Shown here: positions 56,324-64,000 of the stretch, in pieces
How the letters are laid out: the number at the start of each line of letters is the position of its first letter
Numbering within the stretch: the first letter of the stretch is position 1
NCBI GenBank assembly: GCA_018649885.1
Contig: JABIHA010000036.1
Span: forward strand, 62,001 to 126,000
DNA length: 64,000 nucleotides
Reading direction: 5' to 3'
DNA from: Bacteriovoracaceae bacterium
Lineage (GTDB): Bacteria > Bdellovibrionota > Bacteriovoracia > Bacteriovoracales > Bacteriovoracaceae
Position numbers and translations under genes: made by a program
Notes under the pieces: generated by a model
What the model was told of the DNA's origin: nothing
Databases searched by the model: none
The model's input: the letters and a program-made list of their open reading frames with translations, nothing else

Positions 56324-57958
56324 TTGTTTAGCAAGCAGATGAAAGTCAGAAGGTTTACCTTTTTATGGATAACCGCATTTTTTCTAGTTAATACCGCTTC
56401 CAGCAACTGGTGCCCAGCACTTACCAAACTTCAAGACGAAATTACTGATCTAGCAAAAGCAAAAGGTGAATTTGCCTTTGAACTCAAATACTCAAGCAGA
56501 ATTACACATCTAAGGCATTGGGCCGGAAGACTTAGGGATGCCAAGTGGGTAAGCCCCACAGCTCTTAAATACAAAATCGAAACATTTTTAATTTCAAAAA
56601 ACATATCCGGACTTAGAGGTCTAATAGCTCCTCTTTTTGGAAGGGTAGAGGTTTCCTATAAATTTTTAGTTCACACAGAGGGACTTCTAAAAAGCATCGA
56701 TGATATTGAAAAAATGCTTATCAAATCAGATGATCTGGCAGTCTCTGCTGATGAGCTGGCAGAGCTCACTTTAAGTATCGATAGGTTAACTGAAATGCTC
56801 ACAAGTAGGAGTGGACTTCTCAAGCTGCTTCCAAGTAGCAAAGCTAGTGAGCTTGAAGCACTGGCCACTGGACTTAAAAGTGGCGCGATTTCTCCAAGAA
56901 CTGGAGTGGCCGCTCTAGAATGGACAAGGTCTTTAAAAACCTATCTCACTTCAGTCAGACAATACTTTTTAAAAATCTTCGGAGAAAATTTTCCTCAATA
57001 TTCAATTGCTAGATCTTATATGGAAGCTTCCTTTGGAAAAAGAATGTACTCCCAAGCAAGTGGAATGCTGGAATCTGCTTTTGAGGCCCCCGCACTTAAA
57101 AAAGGCGAGTGGGAAGAGTTAGTACAAAGACTTGAGAAAATGTTAGGCTGGAATACCGAAAGGGCCACAAGCTTTCCAGCTCTTGATCCACAAAACCTTG
57201 GAAGGCCTTCACTCGAAGTTCTAGAGACATTTAAAAACTCCCACCCTCTGGCCAGAAGAGCGGCCATCTACAGAAGTTACCTTCTTGCTGTTAGACAAAC
57301 AATGTCAAAAACTGTTCTAGATATTTTAGCATTTGAACGAACAGGTGATTTATTTAAAAAATTCAAATTTTTAGATCCAGAGCTCGTTGATGATATTATG
57401 GAGGCCTTCTACCGGCTTGATGCGAGAGAATATTTTCTAGATGTCAGTGATATTGTCTACGCTGTAGAAATGACTACGGAAGCTAAGTATGCACAGTTTC
57501 TAAGAAAATTTGGCTACAAAGAAGATGATTTTCTGACAGCTTTTTTCACTAACCCTGATGCCAGACCTCTATGGAGAGAATTTAAAGACATTGCCAAGGC
57601 CACTGATCAAGATATTTTAGAGGCAATGGAAAAAGCAGAAAAAGCTGGCAGAGAAATTGGAATTATTTCTCCCACAAAGGGCCTGGACTTTTCAAAACTT
57701 ATGGCCACAAGTGTTCACCTTGCGATCGCCGGAGGTGTACTAAAAGTTGGCCATGATAAAGTCAAATCACCAATCTCAAGCGCAGCAACTTTTGCTTACC
57801 AGAAAGTCAGATCAATGATCACTGGCGATGACATGCTTTTAGACGAAAATATCCCAGTGGATCTTCAAGATTCTGAAACGCTCGAGCGTTTAGAAAGAAT
57901 GGATAAATTAGTAGACCAAACTATAAAAATAATTGATGGGCAAAATTTAGAAGAATAA
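56324..57958 (+). CDS. Secreted helical hypothetical protein with C-terminal hydrophobic segment
   Basis: GAGGAG RBS; signal peptide followed by NWCPAL; late segment ATSVHLAIAGGVL. Confidence 0.75.
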   Translation: MFSKQMKVRRFTFLWITAFFLVNTASSNWCPALTKLQDEITDLAKAKGEFAFELKYSSRITHLRHWAGRLRDAKWVSPTALKYKIETFLISKNISGLRGLIAPLFGRVEVSYKFLVHTEGLLKSIDDIEKMLIKSDDLAVSADELAELTLSIDRLTEMLTSRSGLLKLLPSSKASELEALATGLKSGAISPRTGVAALEWTRSLKTYLTSVRQYFLKIFGENFPQYSIARSYMEASFGKRMYSQASGMLESAFEAPALKKGEWEELVQRLEKMLGWNTERATSFPALDPQNLGRPSLEVLETFKNSHPLARRAAIYRSYLLAVRQTMSKTVLDILAFERTGDLFKKFKFLDPELVDDIMEAFYRLDAREYFLDVSDIVYAVEMTTEAKYAQFLRKFGYKEDDFLTAFFTNPDARPLWREFKDIAKATDQDILEAMEKAEKAGREIGIISPTKGLDFSKLMATSVHLAIAGGVLKVGHDKVKSPISSAATFAYQKVRSMITGDDMLLDENIPVDLQDSETLERLERMDKLVDQTIKIIDGQNLEE

Positions 57959-57974
57959 ATAAGAGGAATTAGTT

Positions 57975-60900
57975 GTGAAAGAATTATTGGTATTACTCAC
58001 ATTTTTGATGGCATCACAAGCGGCATTTAGCTACGGTCTTCAAGGTTCAGGTTTTTACTTTCCTGACTCACAAAGAAAGCAAAGAAAGGTCCAGCATGCC
58101 AGTGACAAGAAGCTCTATGTCAGATCAGTAAATGATCTTGAAATCTATATCGGTTCAAAAGCAAAAGAAAAAGTTTCTAGTTTTATGTTAGATATCTCTG
58201 ATGCACTAGACAGAGAGGATACTTGGACAAAAAACACTTATGTCTTAAAAATGATCGAAAAATGCTCTAAAGAAGATATAAGTAGAGGGGAGTTCTTGCA
58301 GTGTATGGCAAATGGTTACGCAAATCCTCCCAAGATCACCAGCACATCTCGAAGTGAAAGTGTTAGCTCTCTTGAAAAAACGGTAGAGTCTTACTACGAA
58401 ACTCTGAGCTCAGTAATGAGAAAAGAAAATAGAAGCTTAAGAGCAGGATTAAACCCAGAACAAATAATAGCTAAATGCCAAACATTAAAAAGATACAGAA
58501 CTAGATGTGAAGCTACTGCCAATACATTTTCTAAATTCTATGATGCTCTTTATGGCAAAAGAAACCTAGAAAGAGATTTCGAAGAGTTTGCTCTTTTTGC
58601 TCTTGATAGCTTTGGTCTATCTGACAAAAAGATTATGATGGGAGTCAACGGAGTTCGAGGATATAAATTAATCAGCTGGTATGGTCAACCTCTAAAAGGC
58701 ACCTCTGAAAACCCTATTACTAGCTCAATGAAAACTGCATATCTTAGAGAAATTGATACAAATTACTCTTTTAGGGCCGGTGAATGGGCCTGCTCAACAC
58801 ACGAGAGAAATTTTAAATCCGGTGAAACCACAAGAGTAACCGAAGCACTTGAAGTAGGACAGGAACTTAAGGCCTATCTCAGTATGTACCCAAAGGTGAA
58901 AAGGGCCAGTTACTTGAACCTTGCAACTGCTGTAACTATCAAAGAATTTTACAGATCATATAAGTACCAAATGGGTGCTCTTCCCAATAATAATATCATT
59001 CTTGCAAAGAACCCTGCTTGTAAGCATTACGAAGGTCAATTAAAAGAGCTCACAAAGCCCAGCATGGAGCAAGAAGTAAACAGACTTGAAAATAAGCTAC
59101 GCTTCTACTCTTCAAAAGAAAAAAGAGAAAGTAGCCAGCAAAGTAGATACTTTGCTGAGAAAAACTTTGTTGATATTTATGACTTACAAAAGCAGGGGAA
59201 AAAATCAACTGCCGGAACACTTGGCGATGATCTTACAAAATACACTTTTAAAGATCTAATGGACGCTTATAAAGACCAAAAAGAATGCTGGGGCCAAAAA
59301 TCTTATTATGAAAGAGTAACAAGATCCATGAACAAAAGCGTTGATCAAGTATGGCCTCATTGTACTAAATTCTACGCGAATGCTGAGCTCACTCAGGATG
59401 TCATCAAGGAGGCGATCATGGCCCGTGAGGGACAATTTCCACTTCTAAGAATGAACTTCGATGTAGAAAAAAGAGATAAATTTTGGGCCAAAACTTTTGA
59501 GATAACTGATGGAAGAGAGTTTTTAAACAAACTTTCAACCAGCACCTACCAAGGACTCAATCTTTATAGTAAATCAAGTCACACCAAGTTTTTAACAAAG
59601 CTTGTATTGCCACAAATGCGGTTGAAAGGAAAAGAGATGGAAGAGCTTATCTCGGATACTTGCTCTGCACGATTTTTAAATAACGAAAATCACACCTCTT
59701 GTCCTAATAACGGAAAAATGTGTTGGGAAACTCTTGTAAGCTTCACTCCTCTTGTGGATTATATGGAAGAAAAGTCTTCGCCTACCTTTAATGGATTTAA
59801 GGGATGCATGGAAGCTACATTTAAAAAGAGAAGAAGAAATAGAACTATCGGATTTATCGCTGGCGCCGTGGCCTGTGTAGGTGGATCTATAATAACAGCT
59901 CCAGTAACAGGCCCTTTTGCTCCCTATATTGCAGCAAGCTGCGGCCTAGGCCTTTGGCAAGGGATTGATGTTCGCGAACAAACATTGGCATTTGATAAAA
60001 CAGAGCAAACCCTAAGATGCCTATCAGCAGGAAGCATTTGTAGTGATGAAGACTTCAATGAAGCGGTAAACGAATTATGGTGGGCCGTCTTTGGAAAAAA
60101 AGTTGGCCTTGTTGGTGAAACATTGGGCCTAGGAATGGCCACCAAGTTTGGGACAAGATTATTAAAAATTCTACCTCACTTGCGTTTGCAGGACCTCTCA
60201 GATCTAAGACAACTCAGAACAGTATTTGATATCGCCTCAGGATTTGATGGTGTAGGTGACGATTTAGCAAAATTAACCGCCAGAGAAATGGATTGGTTTG
60301 CTGAAGGGCTCGTGCGCACAGATATGGAAGACTTAGTCAGGGCCGGAAGAGCAACGGCAAGTGAAATGGAAACATTTCTCCGAAAATCTGATGTAATAGA
60401 AAAGGCCACAAGAAAGGCGATGGAGTTTGCAGACTTTCTAGAAGAGAGTGCTCCCAAGTTGGCAGCTGATCTTCCAGATGCTCTAAAAGGTATGAAACTT
60501 GAATTACTTCTCAGATCAATTCACCGAATTAACCCACTGAGAGTACCCAAAGATACTGCTGCCAAATTAAGATATTTTGAGGATCTCTTTGGAGCAGGAG
60601 AGGCGAAAGCTGTCGCCCAGGTCTACGACGAATTGTGGACAAGTGCTAGGCACGCAGATGGTCTACTAGAAATCCTGGCCAAAGCCGGGTCAAGCCTTCC
60701 AGCTGATGTTAAAGACTTCTCAAAACTACTAGATTTAAAGAAAATCAAACTCGACCCAGATGTAATGATGGCCTGGGAGAGATCGGGCGCAAATGGAACC
60801 TTTGACGAATTCGCCAAAGACGTCTTGTCCGAGAGATTATCTATGGTATACGAGCTTTCAAAAATGCACAGCATGGATGGCGGCTTATCCATCAAGGTAA

Positions 60901-60983
60901 GTGAGTGGTTTTTCGGGACTCTACAAAAAAGTGGAAGCTCACTTAGAAAATCCGTGGATAATTTGTTAACCTCTTGTAGATAG
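57975..60983 (+). CDS. Giant secreted Cys-rich hypothetical protein (1002 aa); paralogue of 33295..36915
   Basis: GAGG RBS; signal peptide (AAFS); hydrophobic hairpin IGFIAGAVACVGGSIITAPVTGPFAPYIAASCGLGL. Confidence 0.8.
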   Translation: MKELLVLLTFLMASQAAFSYGLQGSGFYFPDSQRKQRKVQHASDKKLYVRSVNDLEIYIGSKAKEKVSSFMLDISDALDREDTWTKNTYVLKMIEKCSKEDISRGEFLQCMANGYANPPKITSTSRSESVSSLEKTVESYYETLSSVMRKENRSLRAGLNPEQIIAKCQTLKRYRTRCEATANTFSKFYDALYGKRNLERDFEEFALFALDSFGLSDKKIMMGVNGVRGYKLISWYGQPLKGTSENPITSSMKTAYLREIDTNYSFRAGEWACSTHERNFKSGETTRVTEALEVGQELKAYLSMYPKVKRASYLNLATAVTIKEFYRSYKYQMGALPNNNIILAKNPACKHYEGQLKELTKPSMEQEVNRLENKLRFYSSKEKRESSQQSRYFAEKNFVDIYDLQKQGKKSTAGTLGDDLTKYTFKDLMDAYKDQKECWGQKSYYERVTRSMNKSVDQVWPHCTKFYANAELTQDVIKEAIMAREGQFPLLRMNFDVEKRDKFWAKTFEITDGREFLNKLSTSTYQGLNLYSKSSHTKFLTKLVLPQMRLKGKEMEELISDTCSARFLNNENHTSCPNNGKMCWETLVSFTPLVDYMEEKSSPTFNGFKGCMEATFKKRRRNRTIGFIAGAVACVGGSIITAPVTGPFAPYIAASCGLGLWQGIDVREQTLAFDKTEQTLRCLSAGSICSDEDFNEAVNELWWAVFGKKVGLVGETLGLGMATKFGTRLLKILPHLRLQDLSDLRQLRTVFDIASGFDGVGDDLAKLTAREMDWFAEGLVRTDMEDLVRAGRATASEMETFLRKSDVIEKATRKAMEFADFLEESAPKLAADLPDALKGMKLELLLRSIHRINPLRVPKDTAAKLRYFEDLFGAGEAKAVAQVYDELWTSARHADGLLEILAKAGSSLPADVKDFSKLLDLKKIKLDPDVMMAWERSGANGTFDEFAKDVLSERLSMVYELSKMHSMDGGLSIKVSEWFFGTLQKSGSSLRKSVDNLLTSCR

Positions 60984-61006
60984 TTACTTATCACAAGAGG
61001 ATCCTT

Positions 61007-62182
61007 ATGAGTGTCTCCTATTGGCAAGACAGAGCTAGTGGCGTCAGTGAATATGATGTCACTATCATTGGTGGAGGACTGGCAGGTCTTTCAACCGCTT
61101 TTTGGCTCGCCCAAAGTGACTCATCCCTAAAAATTGCCGTTGTAGAAAAATACCTCGTTGGCAGTGGTGCCAGCGGAAGAAATGCGGGTTTTATAACCTG
61201 CGGCTCTGTAGAGCACTTCAACAGGATGGTGGGAAAACACGGTGAAAAGCAGGCCTGTGCCATTTGGAAATTTGGCGAAAAGAACTTAGAGCTTCTCCAA
61301 GAAAAAATCATAGGATCAAATGCTGAAGAGCTAGGACTTGAGAGTAAGGGCAGCTTTTCACTAGCTGGAAGTGAAGGAGAATTCACAGAACTAAAAGAAT
61401 CTGCGGCCCTGATGAAAAACTTGGGTATAAATGTTGATGTGTTAGAGGAACAAGAAATTAAAGCTCGCCTCGGGGCCAACCACTTTGTGGGTGGAATAAA
61501 ATATACAGGAGATGCTACTGTAAATCCTATCTCACTACTACACCACATGAAAAATAAACTTTTAATCCCTCAAGGTATTGAGATTTTCGAAAATCATGAG
61601 GTTTTTGAAATTCAAAACCATGGCGACAAAAGAATAGTCAAAACAAACCTAAAAAACTTTGAATCAGACATAGTGGTCCTTGCTACCAATGCTTATCTCC
61701 CACTTATCAATAACTATTTTGCCGATAAAATCTATCCCACCAGAGGACAAATTTTAGTGACAGAAAAAGTCCCTCGCTTTATGGAAGGTCCATGTTACGC
61801 CAACTTTGTGCTCGACTACTTCAGACAACTTCCCACAGGGGAGATGCTAATTGGAGGATTCAGACAACTCCAAAAAGACACTGAAGTGGGTTATAGCGAT
61901 CAAACGACAGAGGAAATTCAAACGGCCTTAGAAAGTTTTCTTGCTCACCATCTTCCCCCATTAAAAGGTAAAAAAATCACCCACAGATGGTCTGGAATTA
62001 TGGGTTTTAGTGCAGATGGCGATCCATTTGTGGGAGCACTTCCTGCAGATCCACAACTATTTTTTATTGGAGGCTTTACAGCTCACGGAGTAGGCCTTGC
62101 CTTTCACACGGCAAAGTGCTTGAGTGAGCTGATATTTGGAGGAGAAGTTCCCTCTTTTATCAATGCAAGAAGATTTGGATAA
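61007..62182 (+). CDS. FAD-dependent oxidoreductase (DAO/DadA/PuuB family)
   Basis: IIGGGLAGLSTA, GASGRNAGF, VVLATNAY, WSGIMGF, GFTAHG. Confidence 0.9.
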   Translation: MSVSYWQDRASGVSEYDVTIIGGGLAGLSTAFWLAQSDSSLKIAVVEKYLVGSGASGRNAGFITCGSVEHFNRMVGKHGEKQACAIWKFGEKNLELLQEKIIGSNAEELGLESKGSFSLAGSEGEFTELKESAALMKNLGINVDVLEEQEIKARLGANHFVGGIKYTGDATVNPISLLHHMKNKLLIPQGIEIFENHEVFEIQNHGDKRIVKTNLKNFESDIVVLATNAYLPLINNYFADKIYPTRGQILVTEKVPRFMEGPCYANFVLDYFRQLPTGEMLIGGFRQLQKDTEVGYSDQTTEEIQTALESFLAHHLPPLKGKKITHRWSGIMGFSADGDPFVGALPADPQLFFIGGFTAHGVGLAFHTAKCLSELIFGGEVPSFINARRFG

Positions 62183-62391
62183 CAAGTTGCTTTAAATTGA
62201 AAAAATATTCGCAGTTGTCACTATTGTAAATTGAATTCAAGATCATAGGTCAGAACTAGGAACTCACAGATCACAGTGAATGAGTTAGCCAGTTCGATAC
62301 AGCCGGCCAAGGCCCTAAAAATTATTGATTTACTATGTTTTAAAACTCTATTCATTCTCAGCACTGACACTAACGGTTTCAGAGCTTACGG

Positions 62392-62408
62392 CCGTTCTTC
62401 AGCAGTAA
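62392..62408 (-). repeat. Inverted partial copy of the 30.3/30.9-kb repeat
   Basis: Minus strand TTACTGCTGAAGAACGG, 16/17 identical to 30937-30953. Confidence 0.65.
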
Positions 62409-62462
62409 AATTATATTTTTGATTGGAAACAGGTCAGAGTAGGGGGGAGTTCACCCGTGGGG

Positions 62463-62962
62463 CCCTTTTTTTTCGGCAAATTGAGGTACTACCAAATATC
62501 TCAATGACTGTTTTGGCGGCACTGGTGAGACCTTTTGCTATGTTTTAGATTTTTTCTAAGGACGTATTCACCAAGGTTGTGAATAAATAAAATCAGTGCC
62601 ATCACCACCATAATTGCTTGAATGCGATCAACCCATTTTAAGTAGAGTCCTTTTCGAAGAAATGCTGAGTCTTTAAAAAGCTTGAACTCTGCTTCGATAT
62701 TGCCGTTTCTGGACTTGTAGGAGTTGAAGATTTTCTCTGCAGGGTAGAGCTTGTCATCATAAATATTTGTCGCCAGGATAAACTTACCTTTTCGATTTCT
62801 CGCCATTTGAATTTTGTAGTGATTTTTTTCATATGAAAGATCCAGCCGAAACCCTCTGAAGAAGGGGTAGTTTCTCTTGATATTTTGTACTACTTTTTTT
62901 GCCTCTTTTTTGGAGTCAAAAATCTTTCCATTTTTCTTTTTTATAATTTTTAAAAAGCTCAA
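62463..62962 (-). mobile_element. IS1634-family transposase remnant (truncated, internally deleted)
   Basis: GKFILATN, YKSRNGNIEAEFKLFKD, LKWVDRIQA match the C-terminal half of IS1634-type DDE transposases. Only 153 aa remain. The region ends in TGCCGAAAAAAAAGGG on the minus strand. Confidence 0.75.
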
Positions 62963-63113
62963 AAGAGGCTATTTATACGACAAGAATTTGGAAATCTACA
63001 CTAAAGTCTTTGGCGTTCATATTTTTCTCTCAATTAATGCAGATTAAGCTTATTGTACAAACTAGTATCAAAAATGTTAAAAGTATGTGATAGAGGCGAA
63101 AGGAGGTAGTCAA

Positions 63114-63596
63114 TTGGAAAACGGTAACCAAAATAATGAAAATGAGCTTTTTGTTGAGCCCGGTCATGAGTTCACAACCAAGTCAGATGATCCCTTTATA
63201 GATGTACTTCATAAAATAATTCGCCTCGCAGTAAAACTACTTGCTGCATTAATGGTTTTGGTCATTGTCTGGGGTATTGGTGATGTTATCTATGTCTTAT
63301 ATCAGCGGCTTGTTGCGCCACCATTCTTATTACTTAGCATCAGTGATATCCTGGCAACGTTTGGTGCTTTCCTTGCTGTCTTAATTGCCATAGAAATCTT
63401 TATAAATATAACAATGTATCTCAAAACTGATGTCATTCCTGTCCGGCTTGTAGTTGCGACTGCACTAATGGCAATTTCACGTAAGGTTATAATATTTGAT
63501 TTTGAAAAAATTTCACCACTATATGTAGCTGGTACAGCAGCAGTTGTTTTGGCCCTCGGAATAACTTATTGGCTAATCAGTAAAAAGACTCGATAA
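63114..63596 (+). CDS. Phosphate-starvation-inducible PsiE-family membrane protein
   Basis: LAVLIAIEIF.NI..YL, VVATALMAISRKVIIFD. TTG 63114 follows AGGAGG (track start 63087). Confidence 0.85.
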   Translation: MENGNQNNENELFVEPGHEFTTKSDDPFIDVLHKIIRLAVKLLAALMVLVIVWGIGDVIYVLYQRLVAPPFLLLSISDILATFGAFLAVLIAIEIFINITMYLKTDVIPVRLVVATALMAISRKVIIFDFEKISPLYVAGTAAVVLALGITYWLISKKTR

Positions 63597-63917
63597 AGAT
63601 CAGGAAGTTAAAAGATTAATTGAAAATGCATAATAGAGATTAATTCGTTTCAACAACTCCTCGTAAAAGTCTTCCTAATATATCTGAACCTGTGATAATC
63701 TTTTTTTTGATTAGTTGTCCAAAATAATCCCAATGTCAAAGATTGATTTCCTGAAAAGAATTTTTTTATAAGGGTGTTTATATTTAATACAAACACCGGT
63801 TTTGAAGAATTTTCCTTATCAATAAAATGTTTGCTGAACGATTACCTCGCCTCAAAAATTTCAATTCATTTGCTGGTTCAAAAAATAATAGTTTAAGATA
63901 TTAAGTATAATAATTAG

Positions 63918-64000
63918 TCATTGATAAGAATTTTTGATTTCTTCTTGAATGGCTTTCTTCAAATATTCTATACCAAATCTTTCAAGAGGTTTTCCATTTA
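63918..64000 (-). CDS. C-terminal end of a gene entering from the right edge, possibly DsbA/thioredoxin-fold
   Basis: Manual translation NGKPLERFGIEYLKKAIQEEIKNSYQ-stop; NGK.L..FG resembles DsbA-family C-termini. Confidence 0.4.
   Translation of the reverse strand, partial: NGKPLERFGIEYLKKAIQEEIKNSYQ

Noticed and set aside
743..62832. Dozens of short (60-224 aa) ORFs in the track overlapping longer genes, e.g. 1067..1531, 17649..17981, 45723..46397, 48341..48742, 61018..61548
   Set aside because: Antisense or alternate-frame shadows of well-supported genes, with no motifs or RBS.
1..64000. rRNA, tRNA, tmRNA or prophage genes
   Set aside because: None recognised by eye; intergenic gaps are short and AT-rich. 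tRNAscan-SE and Rfam would be needed to exclude small RNAs.

Overview
AT-rich bacterial chromosomal DNA. Many secreted Cys-rich hypothetical proteins, a long pilin-like protein and a GLUG-type surface lipoprotein suggest Bdellovibrionota (Bacteriovoracia-like); this is inference only. Left to right: a partial GT-C glycosyltransferase, a metallophosphoesterase and a GLUG-repeat lipoprotein; then a ~23 kb Wzx/Wzy exopolysaccharide locus (about 7.5-30.2 kb). That locus has no recognisable Wza/Wzc. It does carry a mini Wzz-like protein, two tandem secreted paralogues with aerolysin-like stems, a secreted atypical kinase, GH44- and GH5-like glucanases, three GNATs, two deacetylases and a proline dehydrogenase. 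Next come outer-membrane and secreted proteins; a ~1200-aa secreted protein coupled to a secreted protein kinase, with a paralogue at 58-61 kb; a DNA-binding protein plus Xer-like tyrosine recombinase; a 2-kb sensor-kinase islet bounded by 50-bp direct repeats; SpmAB, deoC and two aldehyde dehydrogenase genes; nadAB; a cholesterol-oxidase-like GMC enzyme; an IS1634-family relic; and a PsiE-family gene. Spot counts suggest GC skew flips near 46.6-46.9 kb, a possible replication terminus. Two large secreted proteins appear to start at non-canonical ATA/ATT codons. No rRNA, tRNA or CRISPR array was seen. Best candidates for undescribed systems: (1) the paralogous giant secreted proteins with adjacent secreted cargo, (2) the EPS locus with putative beta-pore-forming pair and secreted kinase, (3) a single-recombinase module near a possible terminus.
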